From Anaeramoeba ignava BMAN (taxonomy: Eukaryota > Protista > Anaeramoebae), in NCBI GenBank assembly GCA_028826165.1, contig JAPDFW010000144.1:47001-111000 (forward strand): DNA of 64,000 nt, given 5' to 3'. The notes beneath the pieces were generated by a model, which was not told where the DNA came from, did no database searches, and saw only the letters and a list, made by a program, of their open reading frames with translations. Made by a program: the position numbers and the translations under genes. Each line of letters starts with the position of its first letter. The stretch's first letter is position 1. Positions 26,001-35,884 of this stretch are shown here, in pieces.

Positions 26001-29000
26001 GCTATATGGAACAGGAAAAATTCAAGGGTTAAGAGATACTGGAATAAATATTTCTGTGAATGGAAATTTGAACATTTCTGAATCTACAACAATGGATCTT
26101 GTGAATATTTCTGTGAATGGAGAAATGAGAGTTTCAGGTCTTGAAGCTTCTAAAAATATTTCCAACTCATTAGTAACAGTAAAATCTTTTTTTTGCTACT
26201 CAAACGCTCATTTTGGGTTGTACAATTCTACTTTGAAAGTAGAGGAAGATTATTACTTCGAGGATTCCTGTTATCTCGTTTCAGATTCTTTTTCAATATC
26301 AGGGTTTCATAATTATGGAAATTTTTCGGTTGAATCAAAAAATAATATATCCTTTGATGCTAATTTTTACAATTATGGAAATTTTGTAGCATCTGCTTCT
26401 AATATTTTATTTCGAAAATTAGTAAGTTACGAAGGTTTTCAGCTCAATAATTCAACCTTGATTCTTTTACAAGATTCCGTTCTGAATAATAGTAATGCTG
26501 GAATAGGCTCTGATTTCATATATCTAACGAACTCATCATTTACAATTCAAAATGAATCAACATTGACTTTCTATGGAAATTATATTATTGAGAAAGGAAT
26601 GAAGATTGATGGGAATTTTGAAATCAGCGAAAATACAAATATGAATTTAAGAGTGGAATCTACTAATACTGAATTAAAAATTAACAAGCCACCAATATTT
26701 AACAATAATTTAACAGTCGAATTACTTCGAGATTCACAAAATACTCCAAGAACAGATCCATATAATGTTATCTATTTATTATCCCCCTTTAATTTTTCTT
26801 TAGAAAATCTGCAAACAAATGAGGATCAATCCACTAAATTTTCACAAAATGGAGATTGGGTTATTGGAAATGTCCAAGGATGTAGGAAAGGGAAATATAG
26901 TAACAGTTTTGATCAGCCATGTCAAAATTGTTCTGAAGGATGGTACAATGATGAAATTGGAGTATTTTCTTGCAAGAAGTGTCCAGTAGGACATTTTTCA
27001 GATAAGGAAGGACAAGAAGAGTGTGAAGGGTGTTCTCCAGGTTTATTTCAACCAAATGAAGGAGAAACTACGTGTTTGGAATGCGAAAAAGGGACTTATT
27101 CATCGGGATTTAATTCAACTATTTGCACACAATGCCCATTAGGACAATATAACTCTGAGAAAGGTTCTTCTGGCTGTTATATTTGTGAAGCAGGGAAATT
27201 TAGTCATAATCCAACAAGGTGTGAATCTTGTTGGCCAGGAGTATACAGCTCAAAAAACGCATCTTCGAAATGTGATAATTGCCCATTAGGAAAATATAAT
27301 ACACAACCAGAATCAACTTCATGTAGCCCTTGTGAAGTCAATACCTACCAAGACGAATCCGGACAAACATCATGTCATTTATGTCCAACAAATTCGGAAA
27401 CAAATATTTATGGAGCATCAAGTATTGATGATTGCCTCTGTTCAATAGGATATTATGGATTAGCAAGGGAGACATGCAAAATTTGTTCCAAAGGAAGTGT
27501 GTGTGATGATGTTGGGATTGTTAATCCTGCTGCAGAAGAAGGATATTGGCATTCAAGTTCTGATCCAACAACATTTCTTGAATGTTCGGTAAAAGAGGCT
27601 TGTCCAGGAGGTGGAACTGACAATTGCAACAAAGAACTTGGATACAGTGGTAGTTTATGTTCTGTTTGTTTGCAAGGATTTTATAAATTTGGGAACCAAT
27701 GCATGAAATGTCCTAATAATCAAAAAAATCGATTGGTTCTTGTTGGGATTTTTGTTATTCTTCTTTGTTTGTTTCTTTTCATTATTGCAAGAAAAGTCAA
27801 GAATTATTTCGCATCTTTTAGTATCACATTCTCTTTCTTTCAAATTCTGGCAGTTATTTCTGGACTTAAATTGAATTGGCCTGATTCTATTGGATCCACT
27901 TGGAGATCAATTTCTCTCTTCAATTTCAATATTGATTATCTTGCAGTTGAATGCAATCTCCAACTAACTTATACGCAAAAATGGGCACTTTGCATGGTTT
28001 TTCCTTTTATTCTTCTTCTTGTTTTGTTGGTTGTTTATTTTTTTGTTTTTCTTCATTCCAAAATTATTGGAAAATGCGGAGCAGGATTTATGAGGAAATT
28101 CCCAAGATTTTGTTCAAAACCAAGCAGACAAACAACAAATAAATATCTCTATGTGTTTTCATGGCTAAGATTCAAAATTAGCCAACTCTTCACACATGGA
28201 TTTAGCAAAGAGCAGAGGAAATCGCTTTACAACAACTTGATTAATTCTTACACAACAATTCTCTCTTTTATTTATTTATTTCTTTCTTACAAAGTTCTCC
28301 AAATATTTGATTGCAAAAAGCAATCCGAAGGAACATATACATTTGGAGGTGATTCATCTCTTTTCTGCTACGAGAAATGGTGGAAAGATATATTCCCATT
28401 CGCAATAGTGTTTTTGGTTCTCTACGTTGTTGGAATTCCTCTTATTCTCTCAATTCTTTTTTTTGTTTCTTCCAAAAAACTTGATGAGCAAAGTTTTGAT
28501 TTAAGATTTGGATTATTATGCACAAGATACACAAAAACTTGGTTTTTTTGGGAAATATTTGTGATGATTCGCAAATTATTGTTGACTATTGCTCAATTAT
28601 TTCTTTCATTTGATCCAATTATTCAATCAATTTTTTGTGTGGTTGTTCTTCTTTTTGCGCTTGTTTTACAAATTCAAGCAAAACCCTTTATTGCAGATCG
28701 GCATAACACACTTGAATTTGTGTTGATTTGTTTTTCGGAAATTATTCTTTTTTCAGGAATGGTTTTTGCTTCAAATGATTTCCAGCAAACAAGTGGAAAA
28801 GGAATTTTAGGAATATTTATTATTACGCTAATTTGGATTTCCTTTTCAACTCTGATTATTATGATTTTATTTGAGATTAGACACAGAGTAAGAGTCCATA
28901 AAGGAAAAGATATCGATGAAATTCAGCAATCAATTGATATTTCAAGTGGACAAACTATCCTGAAATTCTTAGCTTCAAAACCTTCCTTTTTTTTGATTTG

Positions 29001-29373
29001 GGATTGGTTTCTCGAAAGTTCAGAATATCAAAATAAAATTCAAAGAGAATTTTTTCAACAAATTAGAGATTATTATAATTCGAAAGAAATTGAAAAACAA
29101 AAATTGAAATTTGATACATTTTGGGAATCAATTTTAATTAAATGGAGAGATTCTTTTCATCTTATCATTAAATCTTGGTTCATTCAAGCTTCTTTAAAAG
29201 AAAAAATTCAATTTATAAATCTTTTATCTAAAATTCGATTTGAAGGACTTTTATACTGCAATTCAAATTACACAAAAAAAGATCAAAAGAAAACAAAAAC
29301 ACTTACAACCAAATATTTCAAACAAAATCAAGATCAAAAACAAAATCAAAATCAAAATCAAAATCAAAATTAA
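23011..29373 (+). CDS. Large surface receptor-like protein: signal peptide, beta-rich ectodomain, Cys-rich ephrin-receptor-like (GCC2/GCC3) repeats, multipass TM domain; introns 23072-23147, 23270-23345, 23406-23505
   Basis: Three GT-AG introns join MKLINFSFLIYFLAILFLIY in frame to the 1938-aa ORF. CxxCxxGxY repeats at ~26880-27720, then about 8-9 hydrophobic helices including RFGLL..Y...WFFWEIFVMIRKLLL and KPF...HNTLE. Confidence 0.8.
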
Positions 29374-29469
29374 AATTAAAATTAAAATTAAAATTAAAAT
29401 TAAAATTGAATTGTTTTTATTCTTGATTGAGTAAAAATGAGAATTTGAATTGAATTTCAAATTATTTTT

Positions 29470-30120
29470 TTATTTCTCTTTCTCTTTCTCATTCTCATTT
29501 GAAGAAAAAATAATTTTTTGAGTTTTTGAATCAACAACTTTTGAGAAATATTTAGGAGGAATAATTCCATCAATTCCTTCAGATAAAATAACTTCATTTT
29601 CACTTTGGAAAAACTGAATTCCATCTTCTAAAGCCTTTTCAAGATCAACAAAAATCATGATTTCAGAAGAAGTTCTCATTCCAGAAATAACTTGACCTTT
29701 TCCAGGTTCTTTTGGAGCAAAATGGATATGATTTCTTTTCATTTTGGAAAGTCCTTGATTTTTGATGATATTCCAATTTTTTCGATTTGTGCCATGAACA
29801 GCACATTGTGGTAAATTCTCTTTTGTGATCTTTGTGAGACTCAGATCTTTGACTTCAATTGTATGACCTTGAGTTGCTTTGATGATGTCATTTTGATTTT
29901 CATCTTTTGAAAGAAGAAATCTTTTTTTATCGTTGTTTTCAACTATTCTTTTTATATCTTCGAAAGTTATTCTTTTTAATGATCTATGTTCTAAAAGATC
30001 AGATACTAAAACAAATCCATCAGTTCGCATTTTAATCTTTTCTTTTTTAGCTCCATGTCTTAAAAGATAACTTAATGTCTTTGATATTTTTATATCTGGA
30101 TTTTGTTGTCTTCTTGACAT
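29470..30120 (-). CDS. TPT1: tRNA 2'-phosphotransferase (Tpt1/KptA)
   Basis: ISKTLSYLLRHGA, IVENNDKKRF, IKATQGHT, AVHGT, GLSKMKRNHIHFA, ISGMR, SENEVILSEG. ATG at 30120. Confidence 0.95.
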   Translation of the reverse strand: MSRRQQNPDIKISKTLSYLLRHGAKKEKIKMRTDGFVLVSDLLEHRSLKRITFEDIKRIVENNDKKRFLLSKDENQNDIIKATQGHTIEVKDLSLTKITKENLPQCAVHGTNRKNWNIIKNQGLSKMKRNHIHFAPKEPGKGQVISGMRTSSEIMIFVDLEKALEDGIQFFQSENEVILSEGIDGIIPPKYFSKVVDSKTQKIIFSSNENEKEKEK

Positions 30121-30188
30121 TTTAAAGAAAAAAAAAATGAAAAAATTAAAATTAAAATTCAATTTTTTTCATTTTTTTCTTTTTAAAA

Positions 30189-31994
30189 ATGAATGACGTT
30201 TTATTTTTTGGAAGAAATGAAAAACCAAAACTTATAAAAAATGAACCACATAAAATAACAAAACCAATTCAATTTAAATTTGAAAATGAAAATGAAAATG
30301 AAAATGAAAATGAAAATGAAAATGAAAATGAAAATGAAAATGAAAATGAAAATGAAAAACAAATTAAGCAAATTTCATCAGGAAATTTTTCAACAATTTT
30401 CCTTTTTGAAAATGGAAAAGCAATAGAATATTTAAATGAAAATGATTCAAAACAAAATCCTTCAAAAATCCAAATTGAAGAAAATATTCAAAAAGTAATT
30501 GTTGATGCTGATAATGAAGCTATTTTAACAAAAGAAGGAAATGTATTTGCCAAAGGATATGATATTAATCCAGAAAATCCAAAAGAATTTATCAATATTT
30601 CATCATTAATTGAAGATACAAATGATAGAATAATTGAAGATGTTGTTTCTGGATATTATTCAATTTATTTATTAACTTCAAATAAAAATGCTTATGGAAT
30701 TGGTTACAATATTAATGGCCAACTTGGTTTTGATTCTAAAACACTTGAAAAAACAGAAAAACCAATTTTAATGATGAAAAATGTTTCTAAAATATTTTCA
30801 GGAAATACTTCAAATCATGTTTTTCTTTTAAATTCAAATCAAGAATTATTTGTATGCGGATATAATCAATTTGGTCAACTTGGATTAGGAAAATCAATAA
30901 CAGAAATAAAGATCGATAAATTAACCAAAATCCAAAATATTCCAAAAGGCAAAATAATTGATATTCAATCTGGATTTTTTCATTCAATAATGTTGATTGA
31001 AGATGAAAATCCAAAAAGAAAACTTTATTCATGTGGATATTCTCATTATAATGGACTTGGTAAAGATGATGAAGATACTGATGAATTTACTGAAATCAAA
31101 TCATCTTTATTTGAAAATGATGATATTCTTGAAATTTCTGTTGGATACAATCATACTTTGATTTTAACAAATAATTCAACACTAATAGGATTTGGGCATA
31201 ATTATCTTAGCCAATTAGGAACTGAAGATATAAATGATCAATTAATTCCAATTCAAATTGAACTTCCTAAATTAAGATTTAATGAAAATATTTCTAATTA
31301 TCATATTTCTTGTGGAGATGAAAAATCATTTCTTTATTATTCTCCTCCTTCTTTTTCCAATCTTGAAGAAGATTTGATAAAATTATTTAGAAGAAAAGAA
31401 TTTTGTAATATTTCATTTAAAACAGAAAATGGAGAAATAATTGAAGCTCATAAATTAATATTGAAATATAGATTAAAAGATCAAAATCAAATTGAAAAAC
31501 TTCAAGAAATTATTTCAAATAAATCAATTAAAGAATCAAATCAAATATTTGAAATGATTTATTCAAATAATTCCAAAATAAATCCAAAATTATATTCTGA
31601 AATTAAAGAAATTATAAATTCCAATGAAAAAATTGAAGAAACAATTAAAAGAATTTATTTAAATGAAAATGAAAAAGATTTTACAATTGAAAGAAAAGAA
31701 AAACAATATAAATTCCCAAAATTAATATTAATAATGAGAAGTGAATTATATCGAGGAATGTTTTTATCTGTAACAAATGATACTTCTAATAAAGTTACAG
31801 ATTATAGTGAATTAAGTAATAAATCATTTCAAATATTTGAATATTGGATTTATTCAAATCAAATTAAAGATGAAATTCAAATTACACAAGAAATAATTAA
31901 TGAAATAGAAATTGGAATTGATTATTTTCAATTAAATCAAACAAATCCAAATTTATTGGATTTATTAATTAAAAAATTTAATAATCAAAATTAA
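30189..31994 (+). CDS. RCC1-repeat + BTB/POZ protein (array copy A)
   Basis: Close paralog of 21028-22836; intronless. Confidence 0.85.
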   Translation: MNDVLFFGRNEKPKLIKNEPHKITKPIQFKFENENENENENENENENENENENENEKQIKQISSGNFSTIFLFENGKAIEYLNENDSKQNPSKIQIEENIQKVIVDADNEAILTKEGNVFAKGYDINPENPKEFINISSLIEDTNDRIIEDVVSGYYSIYLLTSNKNAYGIGYNINGQLGFDSKTLEKTEKPILMMKNVSKIFSGNTSNHVFLLNSNQELFVCGYNQFGQLGLGKSITEIKIDKLTKIQNIPKGKIIDIQSGFFHSIMLIEDENPKRKLYSCGYSHYNGLGKDDEDTDEFTEIKSSLFENDDILEISVGYNHTLILTNNSTLIGFGHNYLSQLGTEDINDQLIPIQIELPKLRFNENISNYHISCGDEKSFLYYSPPSFSNLEEDLIKLFRRKEFCNISFKTENGEIIEAHKLILKYRLKDQNQIEKLQEIISNKSIKESNQIFEMIYSNNSKINPKLYSEIKEIINSNEKIEETIKRIYLNENEKDFTIERKEKQYKFPKLILIMRSELYRGMFLSVTNDTSNKVTDYSELSNKSFQIFEYWIYSNQIKDEIQITQEIINEIEIGIDYFQLNQTNPNLLDLLIKKFNNQN

Positions 31995-32098
31995 AATTAA
32001 AATCAAAATTAAAATTAAAATTAAAATTAAAATTAAAATTAAAATTAAAATTAAAATTAAAATTCCAAAAATTATTTTTCATTTTTTTCTTTTTAAAA

Positions 32099-33841
32099 AT
32101 GAATGAAATTTTATTTTTTGGAAGAAATGAAAAACCAAAACTTATCAAAAATGAACCAGATAAAATAACAAAACCAATTCAATTTAAATTTGAAAATGAA
32201 AATGAAAATGAAAATGAAAAACAAATTAAACAAATTTCAACAAGTTTATTTTCAACAATTTTCCTTTTTGAAAATGGAAAAGCAATAGAATATTTAAGAT
32301 ATTCATATCAAAATCCTAAAGAAATCCAAATTGAAAATATTCAAAAAGTAATTGTTGATGCTGATAATAAAGCTATTTTAACAAAAGAAGGAAATATATT
32401 TGCCAAAGGAAAAGATATTAATCCAAAAAATCCAAATAAATTTATCAATATTTCATCATTAATTGAAGATACAAATGATAGAATAATTGAAGATATTGTT
32501 TCTGGATCTCGTTCAATTTACTTATTAACTTCAAATCATAATGCTTATGGAATTGGTTCAAATTATAATGGCCAACTTGGTTTTGATTCTTATTCGGTTG
32601 AAAAAACAGAAAAACCAATTTTAATGATGAAAAATGTTTCTAAAATATTTTCAGGAAATACTTCAAATCATGTTTTTCTTTTAAATTCAAATCAAGAATT
32701 ATTTGTATGCGGAATTCATGCATATGGTCAACTTGGATTAAGATCCCTAGCAATAGAAGATGAAATCCATGAATTAACCAAAATCCAAAATATTCCAAAA
32801 GGTAAAATAATTGATATTCAATGTGGAAGTTATCATTCAATAATGTTGATTGAAAATGAAAATCAAAAAAGAAAACTTTATTCATGTGGAGATTATGGAC
32901 ATAATGGACTTGGCAAAGATGAAAACACTTATCAATTTACTGAAATCAAATCATCTTTATTTGAAAATGATAATATTATTGATTTTTCTGTTGGATTTGA
33001 TCATACTTTGATTTTAACAACTAAAGAGAAATTAATAGGATTTGGGCATAATTATCATGGTCAATTAGGAACTGGAGATAGAGAATATCAAAAAATTCCA
33101 ATTCAAATTGAACTTCCTAAATTAAGATTTAATGAAGATATTTCTAATTATCATATTTCTTGTGGAGATGAAAAATCATTTCTTTATTATTCTCCTCCTT
33201 TTTCCAATCTTGAAGAAGATTTGATAAAATTATTTAGAAGAAAAGAATTTTGTAATATTTCATTTAAAACCGAAAATGGAGAAATAATTGAAGCTCATAA
33301 ATTAATATTGAAATATAGATTAAAAGATCAAAATCAATTTGAAAAACTTCAAGAAATTATTTCAAATAAATCAATTAAAGAATCAAATCAAATATTTGAA
33401 ATGATTTATTCAAATAATTCCAAAATAAATCCAAAATTATATTATGAAATTAAAGAAATTATAAATTCAAATGAAAAAATTGAAGAAACAATGAAAAGAA
33501 TTTATTTAAATGAAAATGAAAAAGATTTTATAATTGAAAGAAAAGAAAAACAGTATAAATTTCCTAAATTAATATTAATAATGAGAAGTGAATTATATCG
33601 AGGAATGTTTTTATCTGTAACAGAAGATAAATCAAATAAAGTTACAGATTATAGTGAATTAAGTAATAAATCATTTCAAATATTTGAATATTGGATTTAT
33701 TCAAATCAAATTAAAGATGAAATTCAAATTACACAAGAAATAATTAATGAAATAGAAATTGGAATTGATTATTTTCAATTAAATCAAACAAATCCAAATT
33801 TATTGGATTTATTAATTAAAAAATTTAATAATCAAAATTAA
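32099..33841 (+). CDS. RCC1-repeat + BTB/POZ protein (array copy B)
   Basis: Tandem paralog; BTB half nearly identical to copy A. Confidence 0.85.
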   Translation: MNEILFFGRNEKPKLIKNEPDKITKPIQFKFENENENENEKQIKQISTSLFSTIFLFENGKAIEYLRYSYQNPKEIQIENIQKVIVDADNKAILTKEGNIFAKGKDINPKNPNKFINISSLIEDTNDRIIEDIVSGSRSIYLLTSNHNAYGIGSNYNGQLGFDSYSVEKTEKPILMMKNVSKIFSGNTSNHVFLLNSNQELFVCGIHAYGQLGLRSLAIEDEIHELTKIQNIPKGKIIDIQCGSYHSIMLIENENQKRKLYSCGDYGHNGLGKDENTYQFTEIKSSLFENDNIIDFSVGFDHTLILTTKEKLIGFGHNYHGQLGTGDREYQKIPIQIELPKLRFNEDISNYHISCGDEKSFLYYSPPFSNLEEDLIKLFRRKEFCNISFKTENGEIIEAHKLILKYRLKDQNQFEKLQEIISNKSIKESNQIFEMIYSNNSKINPKLYYEIKEIINSNEKIEETMKRIYLNENEKDFIIERKEKQYKFPKLILIMRSELYRGMFLSVTEDKSNKVTDYSELSNKSFQIFEYWIYSNQIKDEIQITQEIINEIEIGIDYFQLNQTNPNLLDLLIKKFNNQN

Positions 33842-33959
33842 AATTAAAATTTAAAATTAAAATTAAAATTAAAATTAAAATCAAAATTAAAATTAAAATT
33901 AAAATTAAAATTAAAATTAAAATTAAAAATTTCATTTTTCCATTTTTTTCTTTTTAAAA

Positions 33960-35624
33960 ATGAATGAAATTTTATTTTTTGGAAGAAATGAAAAACCAAA
34001 ACTTTTCAAAAATGAACCAGATAAAATAACAAAACCAATTCAATTTAAATTTGAAAATGAAAATGAAAATGAAAATGAAAAACAAATTAAACAAATTTCA
34101 TCAGGAAATTTTTCAACAATTTTCCTTTTTAAAAATGGAAAAGCAATAGAATATTTAAATGAAAATGATTCAAAACAAAATCCTAAAGAAATCCAAATTG
34201 AAAATATTCAAAAAGTAATTGTTGATGCTGATAATGTAGCTATTTTAACAAAAGAAGGAAATGTATTTGCCAAAGGAAAAGATATTAATCCAAAAAATCC
34301 AAATAAATTTATCAATATTTCATCATTAATTGAAGATACAAATGATAGAATAATTGAAGATATTGTTTCTGGATCTCGTTCAATTTATTTATTAACTTCA
34401 AATAAAAATGCTTATGGAATTGGTTCAAATTATAATTGCCAACTTGGTTTTGATTCTAAAACACTTGAAAAAACAGAAAAACCAATTTTAATGATGAAAA
34501 ATGTTTCTAAAATATTTTCAGGAAATACTTCAAATCATGTTTTTCTTTTAAATTCAAATCAAGAATTATTTGGATGTGGTGATAACAGTTCTGGTCAACT
34601 TGGATTAGGAAAATCAATAACAGAAATAAAGATCGATAAATTAACCAAAATCCAAAATATTCCAAAAGGTAAAATAATTGATATTCAATCTGGATTTTTT
34701 CATTCAATAATGTTGATTGAAGATGAAAATCCAAAAAGAAAACTTTATTCATGTGGATATTCTCATTATAATGGACTTGGTAAAGATGATGAAAATACTT
34801 ATGAATTTACTGAAATCAAATTATCTTTATTTGAAAATGATAATATTATTGATTTTTCTGTTGGATTTGATCATACTTTGATTTTAACAACTAAAGAGAA
34901 ATTAATAGGATTTGGGCATAATTATCATGGTCAATTAGGAACTGGAGATAGAGAATATCAAAAAATTCCAATTCAAATTGAACTTCCTAAATTAAGATTT
35001 AATGAAGATATTTTCAATTATCATATTTCTTGTGGAGATGAAAAATCATTTCTTTATTATTCTCCTCTTTCTTTTTCCAATCTTGAAGAAGATTTGATAA
35101 AACTATTTAGAAGAAAAGAATTTTGTAATATTTCATTTAAAACAGAAAATGGAGAAATAATTGAAGCTCATAAATTAATATTGAAATATAGATTAAAAGA
35201 TCAAAATCAAATTGAAAAACTTCAAGAAATTATTTCAAATAAATCAATTAAAGAATCAAATCAAATATTTGAAATGATTTATTCAAATAATTCCAAAATA
35301 AATCCAAAATTATATTTTGAAATTAAAGAAATTATAAATTCAAATGAAAAAATTGAAGAAACAATGAAAAGAATTTATTTAAATGAAAATGAAAAAGATT
35401 TTATAATTGAAAGAAAAGAAAAACAGTATAAATTTCCTAAATTAATATTAATAATGAGAAGTGAATTATATCGAGGAATGTTTTTATCTGTAACAGAAGA
35501 TAAATCAAATAAAGTTACAGATTATAGTGAATTAAGTAATAAATCATTTCAAATATTTGAATATTGGATTTATTCAAATCAAATTAAAAATTTATTGAAA
35601 ATTCAAATTAAAATTGAAAATTAA
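33960..35624 (+). CDS. RCC1-repeat + BTB/POZ protein (array copy C; mosaic of A and B, C-terminally truncated)
   Basis: Homology ends after YSNQIK at ~35588, where an AAAATT-type repeat begins. Confidence 0.8.
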   Translation: MNEILFFGRNEKPKLFKNEPDKITKPIQFKFENENENENEKQIKQISSGNFSTIFLFKNGKAIEYLNENDSKQNPKEIQIENIQKVIVDADNVAILTKEGNVFAKGKDINPKNPNKFINISSLIEDTNDRIIEDIVSGSRSIYLLTSNKNAYGIGSNYNCQLGFDSKTLEKTEKPILMMKNVSKIFSGNTSNHVFLLNSNQELFGCGDNSSGQLGLGKSITEIKIDKLTKIQNIPKGKIIDIQSGFFHSIMLIEDENPKRKLYSCGYSHYNGLGKDDENTYEFTEIKLSLFENDNIIDFSVGFDHTLILTTKEKLIGFGHNYHGQLGTGDREYQKIPIQIELPKLRFNEDIFNYHISCGDEKSFLYYSPLSFSNLEEDLIKLFRRKEFCNISFKTENGEIIEAHKLILKYRLKDQNQIEKLQEIISNKSIKESNQIFEMIYSNNSKINPKLYFEIKEIINSNEKIEETMKRIYLNENEKDFIIERKEKQYKFPKLILIMRSELYRGMFLSVTEDKSNKVTDYSELSNKSFQIFEYWIYSNQIKNLLKIQIKIEN

Positions 35625-35884
35625 AAATTAAATTAAAATTAAAAAATTTAATAATTAAAATTAAAATTAAAATTAAAAATTAAAATTAAAATTAAAATTA
35701 AAATTAAAATTCAAATTAAAATTAAAATCAAAATTAAAATTAAAATTAAAATTAAAATTAAAATTAAAATTAAAATCAAAATTAAAATTAAAATTAAAAT
35801 TAAAATTAAAAATAAAAATTAAAATTTCATTTTTTCATTTTTCATTTTTCATTTTTCATTTTTCATTTTTTTTTTCTCTTCAAA

